This document shows, piece by piece, positions 50,564 to 64,000 of a stretch of 64,000 bases of DNA; the first letter of the stretch is position 1; the number at the start of each line of letters is the position of its first letter. The notes below the pieces were generated by a model, which did no database searches, had not been told where the DNA came from, and saw nothing but the letters and a program-made list of their open reading frames with translations. The translations under genes were made by a program, and so were the position numbers. The DNA lies in assembly GCF_036321535.1 (NCBI RefSeq), contig NC_087454.1:3100001-3164000 (forward strand), in the 5' to 3' direction. The DNA comes from Camelus dromedarius (lineage: Eukaryota).

Positions 50564-52088
50564 GTCTGTTCCATTTTCATCACAGCATACTGCTTGCTGC
50601 AGGCCGAGCAGAGCAGACTTTGTCGCTGGGCATCCGCGATACAGATCGGGCGAAAGTGTTAGCAGTTTTAACTCTGTGTGTGGAAGAGCTGTGGTTCTCT
50701 GGATGAGGGATTAAGAGGCCCCTTCTTCCATTTCATGTTGTTGGACTGTCTTAAGAAGAGTATTTCACATGACCGCAGTGCTGTGCAGGACCCTCCCGCA
50801 GCGGAGAGCGGGGGCACGTGCGGGAAAGGGCTGCCGGCTCTGAGCTTGGGCTTCCCTGGCCCGGAAACCCCGGGGCCACCTGGGAGCCGTATGGTGCGGG
50901 GCTGGTGGGGGGCAGGGCTCCTTTCCCCCACCTTCTCCCTCCAGGCCCTCCTGGGCTCTGCTTCAGGCTCTCCTGCCTTCCCTGGCCTCTTCTCCACGTC
51001 GTCTCCACGTCTCAGAACCCGTCCGTCCAGCCGTGACCGCACTCCAGCAGGTGCCGGCGCAGTCGGGTTTCTGCCCCCGGGGCTCACTGGGCCTGCCCTT
51101 CCTGAGCGCCTTGAGAACCATCGTTGATTCTAGTGAGTAGGACACTCAGGCTCTAATGTGACTTAGATTTCGGTTTTCATTCTCCGTGTTTTGTGTCTCT
51201 CTTTGCTCAGCCTGGGAACTCAGCTGTGGTAACTCTCCTAGTGAGGGACAGAGCTGGGGCTTTCCCTAAAGCTGACTCCGGAGAGCCCCTGACATTGAAC
51301 TGTGGCCTCCGCTGGGGCACTGTTCTGGGGTCAGTGCGGTGACATGGACAGTTCCGGACTTCAAGTTGTTTCCAGTCTAGAAGAGGAGATGGATTTCAGA
51401 TCAGGAGATAATCATCAAATAATACAAAGTACACTGATGGGGCCACACATAGGTGAAGGTAGAATTTTCCTGGTACTGACCAGTCCGTGTGGAGGTCAAA
51501 ATTTTCCTTTTTTTTTTTAAATCCTGTTTTGCTACTTAATTCTCTAAATCCTTCCGCATCTCCCCAGAATTGTACTAGGACTTGAGCCTGTGATTACTTG
51601 CTAATCTCCAGGGCTTAGAATAGCCCCTAGATCTGGTTTCGCTGTCATTCCCAGAAGTGTTTTCTGATAGAGACTTAACGCAGGATTGTGCAGTGTCTCC
51701 ACATTCTGTTCCCAGATAAATCCGGCTGGGAGAATCCCATCAGCTCCACTCTGCTGCAGTGAAATTGGTGGCTCTCAAATGTTTTCACTACTTCCATGAG
51801 CATTTTTCCCATCTCAAAAAGAAAAAGGCACATAAATATTTGTCTTTTTCTGGAAAGGGGATGTTGATCCCAGAAGAAAGTAGCAGAGGAAGAAGCAGGG
51901 AAGATGACCAGATGCGGGACTTTTGCACGTGCCCTGGGGTCACTGGTGACCGCCAGGTGCGGAGAGGTGCAGTGGGTGAGAGGGGACCCGCTGGTCGCGG
52001 GCGTCACCACAGCGCTGAGGTGTAAAGCGGTCACAGCAGAGCCTGTCGTCAGTGAGCTCTGTGCCCACGTCAGCCGCTGCCTCTGTTT

Positions 52089-52133
52089 CCGCCACCGCCG
52101 CGACCGCCGTGACCGCCGTGACCGCCGCCAGCC
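52089..52133. repeat. 9-bp GC-rich tandem repeat (GACCGCCGY)n
   Basis: ccgccaccgccgcgaccgccgtgaccgccgtgaccgccgcc. Confidence 0.8.
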
Positions 52134-55100
52134 TAGGCCGCCCTGAGCACAGCGGCCGCAGTCCTGGTGTTCCTGGTCCGTGTGCCGCGGGTTCCATCCT
52201 CAGCCTTGGCAGCATCGACATCACATCCCAGCCTTCGGATGCGAGGACATTTCATTGAGCCGCAGTCCACTGAGTCCTCTGGATTGTGGCCCCGTCTTCG
52301 GACTGGGGCCTCTGCCATCAGAGGCCTGTGGATTTGTGATTACTTTTTATTTTTGTGAACGGTGGGTCTGGTGGTACATTTGCATATTTTGAGAATCGCC
52401 ACCACAAATGTCTTTCTTGTTTATGGCACTTGGGAAAAAATAAGAATGAGTCCTCGGCATCTCCTCCCGCAGCTGGTTGCGCTGTGGATCGGAAGGGTGT
52501 ATTACGCCACCTTTGTGTGGACACACACCCAGTCTCCGTCTTACAGCTTCTTGGCCATTAACCTGATGCAAATGTGCAAGGACTTCCTGTTCTTCAGCAA
52601 CGCGTTAAACCTTAGATCCTGCCGACGCCTATGAAAGTTGACCCATTAGGTGCAGTGTGTTTAGGAGAAGGTCTGAGGAGAGGAGGTGTTTGGTATTTCT
52701 AGCTCCGGAACCACTGGGGTAAGTTTATAGTGCACGGGATCATTTAAATCAGATCCTAGTAGCTGATGGATCACAAGTTAAAACTTAATTATCTTTCATA
52801 CCGTATGTGTATGTCTAACTATCACCTTATAATCTATACAGTTCTGATTTGTCAGTTACACCGCCATAAAGCTGAGGGGAAAGTTGCAGTTTAAAAGGAG
52901 ATCCTCGGAATAGAGACCTGCTGCCGCGGGGAGAAGGAACTCGTCGATCAGGCGGTGGCGGGGGGGCCGGTGGGCTTTCCCGGGTGTGGAGGGGGAGGGA
53001 CTGTTGCAGGACAGCCGTCCGGATGCTTTGCTTCAGCCAAGGAAGGCCCTGCTCACGTGGTTTATGTGAGAGGCTCAGAGCAGGAGGCCTTCAGCGACGC
53101 CAGGGCTCTAGATCGTGGAGTGTGTTTTCTTTCCAGCTTGAGCGGCAGCAGCAGGAGCGTTAACCAGGACCTCATACCACAAGGTGCAGAGGCAGGAAAC
53201 AGAACCCCCTTGTTTCCTTTCTAAGCGTGAAGAAGAGGAGGCTTGTCACATCTCCTTTTCGAGGGAGTTGGATGGTCTGTGACGTTAGCCTGCTGTTTTT
53301 TGGTGTTTCTCCTCAGCTCTTAGAGTAAGGCTTCTGCTCTTGCGTTATTTCACCACCGGCCATGCCCAATGTGGACGACGGGCCCTTTCGGCAGGGCCCT
53401 CTCTTGCTCCTGCAGGCATCAGTATGAGGACACAGTCACCCAGGAAACGGGCTGATGGGCCGCTGGGAAAGCTGTCTCAGCCTCGCGTCTTTTACCTTCC
53501 GCTTCCCAGTGCTTGACATCATCCCTTAGACTTTGCTTCCTTTAATCTAACGGCTGTGGGTATTTTTTTCTCTGCTTGAAACTGAGCACAGAAACCAGGG
53601 TCCTCATGGCACATCCAACTAAATTAACTATATTGGCCAGATGTTAACCTCGAGGGGACTCAGCCTGGGACTGAGAACCTCGGAGTTAGCGAAGAATAGC
53701 CAGTGTTGATCAGAGCCGTTTCAAATGGAAAATTCATGGTTTTTAATGAATGTTCTGGGGACCAAATAAAATCAAAATAATTTACCCTACTAAATTATCA
53801 GTCAGGAAAGGTAAGTGTGGTTGTTCTGTGTCTCTGATTTGCCTCATCCGGTACTGAAGGAAAAGCAAATCTCTTCCTTTTTTGATTAGGGATGTGCTCT
53901 GCGTCTGTACTCGGAGGATGAGAGGAGCAGTTGGGTTCATATGAAACTTAACGTTGGCCTGTGTGTAGACAGAGAAATGAGAACTGCTTCGTGATGACAT
54001 CATCACACAGCCTTTCAGACTGTGCGTTTCAGTTGGCATTTTTTGTGTATGATCTGGTGATCTTGAAAGTGAAGAATGGTTAAATAAGCAGTAATTTATA
54101 CGGTGGATAGCTTAATTATTCTTTCTATCACTTGGCTGAGTAATGAATCCAATGTTTTCTTTTATTCTGAGGAAAGAATTTATCTTCTCAAGGGCCTCCC
54201 TGTGAGATTTGTAAATTATAATTATAGGCTGTAATTCGCGGCCAAGGAGAGTGGATTATAAATAAATGACCCTGTAGCATCCATTCAGCAGAGTTTGAAC
54301 TCCTAGTTAACTGCTGTTTGAGAACCAAGTAGATGTTCTGTATTTATTTTTATTCATTTTTAAAATGATGAAATAGTCGGAACATACAAGCATGTATTTC
54401 CCGATTGGGTTTGCTAATAGCACAGAACTGTGTGCCCTCCACCCAGCGACCACGCTGGGATTTGCCGCAGAGCCTCGTAAAGAAGAAAAGCATTCAAAAT
54501 GCACTTGACACACCGTGCTTCCCTGAGGACCCCCTTCCCGCTTCCCCCCCCGGAGGTGACTGCTGACTTCATTTGGAGGTTCGCTGTCCTCGTGTGATTT
54601 CCGCATTTACGTTTGTCCAAAAACAGTTTGTAGATTTGCTTCCAAATGTACATTAAATGGCAGCCGTAGTTAAAAAACAGCGGTTCAGAGAGGTTTTATG
54701 AGTCATTTGATGAGCATGTTCTGAAGTTTATATGGAGATGCAGAGAGCCAGGCATGGCCAGATAACCACGTTGAAGCGTCTGCTTGTTCTGATGTCAGGT
54801 CTCCCTTGAAAGCTGCAGTCACTGTGGCAGTGAGCTGATGCTGTGTGGACACCGGGGCCCAGGGAAGGCAGCCGGGAGCCCAGAAACACACCTCTGTGTG
54901 ATTTCTGGGCTGTGGGGCAGGTGGGAGGAGGAGACGTCTGCGCAATGGAAGCCGGGATAATTGAGTATCCACAAGGAAAAGATGAAACTTGACCCCGTAC
55001 CCCTCATTATTCAAAAATGAATTCCAGGGGGTTTGCAGATCTAAGTGGGAAGGCAATTTATTAGCTGCTGACTTTGAAAAAGTTGTTTTACCATGAGTGA

Positions 55101-55254
55101 CTCTTTGATTCTTTGATTCTTGTTGGAGTAAGTTGAACTGGGGAGATTGAACTAAATGAACTATGGTAATGTAAAATTAAAACCTAATTAAGTGTCTGAT
55201 CTTGAAAGTTTTGAAATAAGTATTTATTTAAAGTGGTTGCTGTAGTTTTTTTGT

Positions 55255-56900
55255 GAAAAGCCTTCTATCAAATTAGGGATGTTTCCTTCTATTTCCAGTT
55301 TGCGTAAGAATTTTTATCATAAATGGCTATTAAAATTGATCAAACCCTTTCTTATAGTTTGAGGTGATCTCATGACTTTTTGGCTTTATTCAGTTAATGG
55401 AGCGACATATAGTGATAGTGTTTTGGATGTTAAAACAACCTTCTGTTCCTGAAATATAATTTGGTTGGGATATATTATCATTTTTATATATTTCTGGATT
55501 TGATTTGTGAAGATTTGATTCGGATTTTTAAATCTGTATTCAGGGGTGAGAGAGGTCTGTAATTTTCTGTGTTTCTTATGCCCTTAATAGGTTTTGATGT
55601 TAAGATTATGCTCTCCTCACAAAAACTAATTTGGAAGTATTTCCTTTTTTGGTTCTCTGGGTTTTAAAGATTGACATTATTTCTTTCTGAAGTGTTTTAT
55701 CATATTTACGAGTGAAGTCTTCTGGGCCTGGCTTTTTCTTGTGGGAAATTTTAAACCGCAGATTAAATTTCTTTGTGGTTATCAGGCTGTTCAGATTTTT
55801 TTATTTTGTGTTGGTTTGATAAACTTTTTCCCCTAGGAATTTGCGTATTTCCTCTAACTTTAAAATGTATTGGCATAAAATTGTAATATTCTGTTATTAT
55901 CCTGAAATTTTAAAAAAGCTTTTTTAAAAAAAATTAGTCAAGAGTTGAGTAAATTACTAACATTTTATCAAATTTTGTGTTCACCTTTTTTTCCCCGCAG
56001 AGCCTTCTCTTAGGGTTTGTTTTTCTTCTTAATGATGTATATCCTTTGAATATTTTTCCTGTGAAGAATTACAAGAGGTAAACTCTTGTGGTCTCTGTAT
56101 ATCGGAAAATGTCTTCACGTTGCCTCATTCTTGAGTGTTGACGTAGCAGGGCCTGAAGTTCCGGGAGAGCAGTCGTTCCCCTGTGGCGCCTTGAAGACAC
56201 CGCTTCTGACCTCCGTTCTGCGAAGTCTCCCGGTGACCGCAGTGCTATTTCTTTGCAGACGATGATTGTCTTGGGTTGTGCTTAAGCCTCCCTCTTCACA
56301 CTTGTCACCCTCCCGTTTTACTCGGATGCATCTTGGCAAGGACTTGTCGTTATTTATCCCACTTGGTACCTGAAGGTTTCTTTCCTTCCACCCTCGGAGC
56401 GTCTGCGTTGTTGTTGCAGAGTGGTTCCCCTCAGTCCGCTCTCTCCCTCCCCCTTTTCTGGGTCTCCTGGTGTCTGTGGGAGCATCTTCACTATCAGCCA
56501 TATGTTGTAACTATTCTTCGGTATTTTTTATTTATTTGTCCTCCTGTTTTAGTGAATTTTTCAGTATTTTCTACCAATTCAATCATTTTCTCCAAGTTTT
56601 TTTTAATTTAATAACTTCTTATTTCTAAGATCACTAATTTGTTCCTTTTCCTCTCTACCTTTGTGTTTCATTTCTGTCTGGTTTTGTTTCCTAACTCCTT
56701 GTGTTTTTAAATGGTTGTTACTACGCTGAGAAATCTGAATATCTTCATTTTGCTTATTTTAAAGTCTTCAGCTATTTTATGATGTTAATTTTATCTAAAG
56801 TGAGTCCATATTATGATTGTCGATTTAGTTGGCTGTGTTTCTGGGTATTATAAGTTTTCAGTGTTTCAAAAATCTGGCTTTGCAAGCTCACCTTGAACAA
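55255..56900 (-). mobile_element. Old L1M fragments, antisense
   Basis: tttccttctatttccagtttgcgtaagaatttttatcataaatgg..gtgaagtcttctgggcctgg. Confidence 0.7.
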
Positions 56901-57499
56901 CGTTCATTTTCCCCCCATTTTGAAAAATCGTGGCTGCTCTGCTCATCCCTCCTTGTCCACCAGCCTGTGTGGCCCCCGTGCGCCCCAGGTGACAACTGGT
57001 CTTTTAATGGTGGGAGTTTGGATTCAAAAGATTCAAAAGACTGTATCATCTTCCTTCTGTTTCCCTGGCCCACAGCTTCCTAGCAGCCACGGGGTGATTC
57101 AAAGCCTGAACCAGAGCAGCTTCATGACAGGAAGTTGAAACGAGACCACGGAGCAATAATTTTCTTAACATTCAGGTCTTTGGATGAGTCTCCTTGTTCA
57201 CCAGAAACCCGGTGATGAGGCCTGTGTCTGTGTGGGTTACTGGCAGCCATTTCCCTGCCCTGATGTTTGTTGACACAACTCACTTCCCCACATCCATCCA
57301 GGCTTCTGAACTGTGAGTAGCTCTGCCTTCCTTCTACGAAACCCACAAAGCAGACTTTTATGTGAGTGAGTCAAATTGATATTCTTAAAGCGACATCTTG
57401 ACTCCACTCTAAATATATTATACATATTATAAGTAATTTTAGGTAATATAGAAATTTGTGTTCTATATAAATTATTATAGAAAATGTATCTATATAATA

Positions 57500-58290
57500 T
57501 CTTAAATTTGGGTAAAATAATATGAAATTTGCCATATAATAATTTTAGATTAAGCGGCAATAAGTACCCTCATGTTCTTGTGCGACCATCACCACCATCC
57601 GTCTCTAGAACTTCTCACCATCCCAGACTGAACTCTGCACCCGTGATGTAATTATTCCCCAGCCCCCTATCTCATGGCCCCTGGAACCCACCACTTCACT
57701 CTCTGGCTCTGTGAATCATAAAGGGACCCCATACACATGCGTCTTTTTGTGACACATTTTATTTATCCATTCATCTGTCGATGGATACTTGAGTTGCTCC
57801 CACCTTTTGGCTGTTGTGGAATAATGCTACTGTGAACCTAGATACGTGAATATCTCTTCAAGGCTCTGCTTCTAATTCTTTCGGGGAATATTTCCTATAT
57901 ACCCAGAAGTGGAGTAGGTGGATCATAAAACAATTCTGTTTTTAACTTTTTTTGTCGAACTGTCATACTGTTTCCCACCACGGCTGCGGCATTGTGCGTC
58001 CCACCAACAGAGCAGCGGAGTGTGTTTCACTTTCCCCACATCCCTGCCAGTATTTTCTCTCGTGTTTGAACGGTGGCCGTCCTCGTGGATGTGAAGTTGC
58101 ATCTCACTGTGGTTTGGATTTTCGTCTCCCTAATGATTTGTGATGCTGAGCATCTTTTCTTGCGCTTACTGACCGTTTGTGTATCTTCTTTGGAGAAGCG
58201 CCTATTCTAGTCCATTTTTCAGTCAGGTTGTTCGGGGTTTTTTTGTTGTTTTTATATATTGTAAAAAGTAAATCTTTTGCAGATTTGGCC
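57500..58290 (-). mobile_element. L1MB-like 3' fragment, antisense
   Basis: gtgcgaccatcaccaccatccgtctctagaac..tttatccattcatctgtcgatggatacttgagttgctcccacctttt. Confidence 0.85.
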
Positions 58291-59244
58291 ATCATGGTGC
58301 TGGCAACACGTTAGTGGCATTACAGACCACAGTCGTCAAACAGCATGGTTGAAAATTCAGTGTGCCACACCGAAGCCATCCCTGACTGCAAGTTCACTGG
58401 TCCTATTTGCGTGTGCTTTTCTCAGTCCATTCTTTGTTGTCTCTCTGTATTTTTCTAGGCACATCTGTGTTTTGAGGGCAGCCCGGTGCCATGGTTTTCG
58501 GTAGGTCTCGTATATCAAGTTTCCTACAGTTCAGACAGCAGGTGGAAGAGGAGTTCTGTTCTCACCGTCTTTGCGAATTGTGCATGCAGTTTCTGACACA
58601 CCAGTCACATGAGCCCCCAGCATCGCGTCTGAGTGTGTGTTTGGAGCGAGTTGATCTGGGATTCAGAAGCCTTGGGCCGCAGGACTGGCAGGCAGGCACT
58701 AGGCTTCTTTGCCTTGGGCTGCCCACCTCAGCGCGGAGTCACTGGGTCTCTGCGCTGGTGAAGTAAGTCCAGCCCGGGACTCCCAGGCCGTTCCACGGTC
58801 TGTGATGCCAAGAAAGCAAGGAGGATTTCTGTGTCTCCTCCGCCCACCCCAGATGCACTGCTGCTCCTGGCAGTCACTTGGACTTCATTTTGCCAGTTGA
58901 AAAAAAATTGCTGGTCATGGAAAGAGGTTATAACTGTTCCTGGGCCCTTATCCCTCAGAAAAGTCCTGTCAGAAATACCTCAATATTAACTACTATATAA
59001 AAAAATAGATAAAACCCAAATTTCTCCTATTTAGCTTGCTGTTTTTTTCTTTGTGACACTTTCTCTCACTCCGTCCCTCTTTTAATATGTGGTTCGGATC
59101 CAGGTTAGGATGTCAACATAGCAAGAGGGAACTGGTCCCAGGCTGTGTGGAATCCACAAAGGGAGTTCTTCCCCTGCTGGTTATTGAGACCCTAGTCCAT
59201 GTGTATGAAATGTGGCAGGATTTTCTCAAACACAAGAGCATTAT

Positions 59245-59345
59245 CAGCTATTCACTCATAAACCTCTGAGCATCTGCTCTGTGCCAGGCGCTGTACCGGC
59301 CACTGCAGATGCAGGGATGGTCCCTGCCCTCGGGTAGCTCATGCA
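59245..59345 (-). mobile_element. L2 3' end, antisense
   Basis: tattcactcataaacctctgagcatctgctctgtgccaggc..ggtccctgccctcggg. Confidence 0.6.
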
Positions 59346-62049
59346 CTAGCGGAGGAGACGTTGCCACGGTGACGTGCTCCGATGAAGGTCCCCGGAGTCT
59401 GGACTGAGTGGGAGGCCTGGAGGCACGACCCACCCGTCGTCTGGGGCTGTGCTCAGTGTTTTTATAGGGAGTGCTCTGAGACCAAAGAGGGTGTGGACAA
59501 GGGCGGGCTCTAGGGTGTGAGGACTGGGGTGTGGATTTTCTCGGGAAGGCAGTGAGCAAGGTACCAGATGTCTTCATCATCAGGTCTCCATTTTAGATGA
59601 TCCCAGTTCTGAAAATAGGAAGGGTGGGCCGGGGCCACAAAGCGAGGACTTTGCTCCAGGCCTAGCGCGGTGACGCGGGAAGAAGTGATGTGAGATCGCA
59701 GAGGGCATCGGTGGAGGGACTAGAAGGCAGGGTTTGGGCTCGAGACATTTTAGGAGACACACCTGGAAGGCCTTGGGTCCTGGTGTGTGCTGGCGCAGCG
59801 ACCATGTAGTTTGTCACGTAAGTTGAGACTTGCCCCCTGTGACAGTTGAGGAGGTCTGCTCGTAACTGCACTTGTGCAGACTCGTGCTGACCTGGGCAGG
59901 CTGGGTGTTTAAACACCTTAGGTAAAGGTATGTGAGAAAGAGGAGGAGTCTTCGGGTTCTGGCTTTGGGGGCTGGGTTGATGGGAAACAGGAGGGAAAAG
60001 CAGAATCCGATCTGGAGCATTTACCTGAGAGGAGACATTTAAACCCGATTCGCCAGCCTCGCCTTCACTGCACACTCGCTTTCTGTTGTGGCTGTCTCTG
60101 CCAGTGCTGCTCTGTTTGTCTTCGTTGGCACAGACGGTCCTCGGTGCGGGCGTGGCTGCAGGTGTGTCCGTGCCCGCGTGACCGCTCAGGCCGAGGCAGA
60201 AGTTAGACATTGGAGCAGGGCCGTCTGCTGTGGAAGGTGAGCCCGAGCTGCGTTCTGCAGGGCGGGCCAGCATCCCCGGCGGCCCAGGGCGGGGTGAGAC
60301 GGATGTGGGCGTGTCGCTACCCAGCGAGACACAGTTGGTGAGTGAGTCCAGCGTTGGTGCTGGGGAGTCGTTCAAAAGAAGACAGTGTGTGAGGGCCAAG
60401 CAGCGAGATCCGGATGACCAGAGGACCACGTTAAGAGGGGGCGGGGATGGAAGGCGGCAGAGGCACCGGCCCTCAGTGGTGCCCGCTCAGCCGGGTGCAC
60501 TGCTGACGTCACTGTCTGAAGATGCTCTCAGCTCTTGAACTTTGTTTGAGGACAGTTACATAAACGCCAGTCGTCATTGAAGGCTAGCGACCAATTACTA
60601 CGGGGGGGGGGTGCGGAGAATGGGAAGGACGGTGGTTTTAAGGTTTGGAGATCTCTTCCGGAACAATTCTGTATGTTAAGTGGAACATATTTTTTCCTTG
60701 ACCAAGACTGAAAAGTGGAAGCAAAAAACAAATCAGAACCAAATATTCTGGTAAAATCTATCCACGTCTGAATGTTCGGAAGCTCTTCCCAGGGTGTATT
60801 TTGTTGGAGACGTGAGGACACGAGCAGAAAAGGTGGCAATGAAGATTGGTTGAATTGTTTGTCTAAAGCTTCGGCAGCCTCGAATATTACAGCGTGCCCT
60901 CTGCATCCCTGGGGATGACTAAAAGCCGTAGCATCTCCTTTTCTCGCTCTTAGTCTTGTATTACCATAAATTTCGCATCTTCGGAAGGTGATTCAGTTGC
61001 CCTCTTCCCAGACACTGCAGATTTCTAGTGTTAGAGGATTCCTCCTTCTCCCCCAGGTTCCCAATTATCACCTTGTTAGCTGCACACCTGCTTCACAGAA
61101 AATTGCGCGGTGCCATTTAACCTTTGAAAAGAAAAAAAAGAGAGAGTGGAAAACACACCTCGTTAATCAGTGAATTCAACCTCAAAGAAAGTGATGTCTC
61201 TGGGTGTGGGCCTTGAGCGGCTGCTGAAGGGAGATCCAAATTATGTTAATAGATTCTAGAACCAGCACGAGAAAGATGACTGGCAGGCCCCCGGCATCGG
61301 GGCGCGCGTCTGCCCTGTCCCAACTGCTGGCGTTTTCAGCTCCAGACCAGAGGTCAGGCCTGGCGAGCAGACTGCTCTTCCTGTCCATCTCTGCACACCT
61401 CTTTCTGGAGGAGGCAGCTCCTCCGCTGTGTCATTCTGAAATCATTCTCTAATCGCCTCATCTCTGCTTAGCTGTATTTCCCAGCGTAGAAGGAATGCAC
61501 AGAGTCGCCGGCTGTTTCATTTTCAGATTTCCCCCGAAGATGTGGTAACTTAACACCTAAATGGTTATTTATTTATGATACACTTACGCCGCATCTAATA
61601 AAGGCAGACATGCCTCCATTAGTATGCGAGGTGAAGCAGAATGGGCGTCCGCTGGAGCTGTCCACGGTGTTCCACGATCAGGCTCTGACTGCGCCTTTCT
61701 TGCAGGGCTGCCACGGAAGTGCTGCCTCGGCCTCCCCGTTGTGTTGTAGCAGGACCATCAGGTCCATTTGCCCCCCGTGTTGAGGGCAACAGCTTTGATC
61801 ACTAGGTTGACATAATGCCCGCCATATTTCTCTACCAGGAAGAGCTGTTCCTTCTCCCCGACTTATTTATTTATTCATTCAGTTGTTCACATAGGATAGA
61901 CTTAGGGCTTCTTATTTTAGTCAATGAATTTTACTCCATTATTATCATTTTTTATTGTGAACCTCTCATTTCCCCAAATTTGGCTGGTGAGAGCCCCTTC
62001 GGGCTGGCTCCTAAGCCCTTTTGACGTGTCTCTGTGAGTCTTAGACAAC

Positions 62050-62185
62050 TTTTGTGTTATCTGGGCTGATTGGAATGTTCTGTATCTTCATGGCTGGGTT
62101 CCAAGAGTGTATCACCTGCATCGCGACCCATGAAATTGTGCAGTTACGATCTGTGCATTTCACATACCTATATGTTACCCCCAGA
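62050..62185 (+). mobile_element. Old L1 3' end
   Basis: ggaatgttctgtatcttc..gatctgtgcatttcacatacctatatgttaccccc. Confidence 0.6.
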
Positions 62186-62868
62186 ACAGACTGAAAAAAT
62201 ACTGCCCTCTAGTCACTAGGGTCTCCTTTAACAATGGTGTGGGTGAGTAATTCTGAACCCATCTTCTGTTTGTTCTTGCTTGAGCAAAAGGGTAGGCAAT
62301 ACTGAGGGTTATGCGAGTCTTGCTTCTCACTATTGAAGAAAAGAGTTACAGACACAGAGAAGGAAAGGCAAGAACGCTAGACTGGAATCAGACGAACTGT
62401 ATTTTTTTAGGTAGAAAATACAAATGTGTGTGTGTGTTCTTCTCCCCTCCCCAGCTCTGCCCACTCTGCGGGCCCAGAAGCAGTGATAGACGGCATCGGT
62501 GAGCACCCCGGTGCCCAGGTCTTGGTTTTTAAGCACCATCCTCCACTAAAAGGAGGCAGCGTTCCTCGTGGAAAAGACCGAATCTGCGGCCAGAGCAGGG
62601 GAACTGTACGTACACGAGCCTGGAAGGTGGTGTTAAACTTGGCATGATTCTGTCGTATTTTTTCTCTGTGGTCATTGCTGAAGTATAGAATTGCATTCGC
62701 TTCTTCCATTCAGCTGCTTGCTAAGTCTGTAGGGACGCAAGCCCGTGGAGCCTTTGTGGGAGCAGAGACCCGGAGAGCAGGAGATGCTGATATCAAGGGG
62801 TGCTTTGGAAGAAAAGGCAGTTTGATGGCCATTGTATGTCTTGTCGTTCCCTCTTGAAGCTGTTCGTC

Positions 62869-63058
62869 TTTTTTTATTAATTGAAGTGTAGTTGATTTAC
62901 AGTGTTGTGTCAGTTTCTGGTGTGCAGCATAGTGACTCAGTTACACATACATATTCTTTCTCGTTATAGGTTGTTACGAGATATGGACTAAGGTTCCGTG
63001 TGCTGTCCGGTAGGACTTTGTTGTTGCTGTTTTATATATAGCGGTCAGTATCTGCAGT
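62869..63058 (-). mobile_element. L1 3' tail, antisense
   Basis: aattgaagtgtagttgatttacagtgttgtgtcagtttctggtgtgcagcatagtgactcagt..ttataggttgttacgagata. Confidence 0.85.
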
Positions 63059-63444
63059 CTGGTCACACTCCTCTCCTTTGGAGGAGAATGAATAGTGGAC
63101 AGGTCGTCTGGTGGCTGCCTGGCCTGGCATCTCTGCCCTCAGCACGTTTGGTGTCCAAGAGCCATTCCCGGCCAGCGTCCCAGCACCCCTGCTCCCGGAC
63201 CCGCCTGGCAGCTCGGGCCATGGCCTGTTCCCACTGGGTGGGGCCACCACCTGCGGAGGCGCCCTGGACTCTGGTGGGATTCTGCTCAGACACCTTCGCA
63301 ACCCCCAGGCTGCCTTCTGCTCCTCCAGCAAATGACCACGCAGAAACCCACGTGCAAGGCAGGGTGTGGGGGGACGGTGGACTTCATTACCTCTCGGGTC
63401 AAAGAGAGATTCAAAGCTAAACTAAAAATACTGTTAGGGCACGA

Positions 63445-63630
63445 CCTCTGGAGCCAGACCACCTGCATAAGCCCCGGCCGTCCTGCGTACAAGCTGTAGG
63501 GTTTCTCTGGACTCGTTTTCTCACCTGTAAACGGGCAGTAATATTAACTCCTACTCGCAGGAGAGCATTGCTGTGAGGAGCACGCCGTTTAACTGTACGT
63601 AGTATTTTTAGCACAGTGCCTGATATAGAC
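63445..63630 (+). mobile_element. MIR SINE
   Basis: ttttctcacctgtaaacgggcagtaata..ttgctgtgagga..ttagcacagtgcctga. Confidence 0.7.
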
Positions 63631-64000
63631 CAGTGTTACGTCGGTCTTGACTATTCTGTCAGTAAATGTCAGTGTATTCATGTATTTAAATGAACATAGT
63701 AAGTTCTGTGTATACACCCTTCTCCTGCCACGTGAGAAGCTGCTAAATTTACTTTAAGGTAAAGGTACTCCCCAATTTTTAGAGCTCTTACTTTTTGTCA
63801 GCATGACTTTGCCCACAAGAAGGAAAAATCATGAGGTTTTAATGCCTTTTCTCTGGGTTCAGCCGGAGGACCAGGCTGTTTTTCCCCCAAGCCAGTGTTC
63901 TTTTGCTTGTTTCAACATCCTTCCCTCCTTAGTGGAGGGCATGTGCGCTGAGCATCTGTGAGCGGCGCTGGATGTCGTGTTGAAGCACTGTTGATTTCTC

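Noticed and set aside
57400-57560. Very AT-rich stretch with small hairpins
   Set aside because: It is low-complexity sequence at the tail of the antisense L1MB, and short AT stems are expected by chance.
59662-60429. Longest ORF in the track (255 aa, minus strand)
   Set aside because: No recognisable domain, Pro/Ser/Ala-rich composition typical of GC-rich noncoding DNA, and no supporting gene structure.

Overview
This is mammalian genomic DNA, very probably a camelid, because it carries five copies of a tRNA-Ala-derived SINE matching the camelid vic-1 type. The window lies inside the large gene FARS2 (mitochondrial phenylalanyl-tRNA synthetase, + strand). Only one protein-coding exon is supportable: 47039-47199 (161 nt, AG/GT flanked), encoding class II motif 3 and equivalent to human coding exon c.905-1065. 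The rest is intron, filled with ancient repeats (MIR, L2, L1M, MLT1, MER3/33/58) and younger SINE and L1 insertions, plus one 136-N assembly gap. The other ORFs in the six-frame track look like chance ORFs in GC-rich intron or L1 remnants. The most notable observations are four. (1) The exon has 51 consecutive G/C-ending codons and several GC-increasing amino-acid changes, including Phe->Cys in motif 3; punctate GC-shifted patches also occur in old repeats, consistent with GC-biased gene conversion. (2) A perfect 41-bp inverted repeat has arms 1.74 kb apart and looks like a templated insertion. (3) An intronic promoter-like CpG island carries a strong splice donor, a hairpin/G4 element and a nearby CTCF motif. 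(4) There are several minisatellite and G4 elements. I see no novel multi-gene system. Repeat family names and human/E. coli comparisons are from recalled sequences and need confirmation, and repeat boundaries are approximate.
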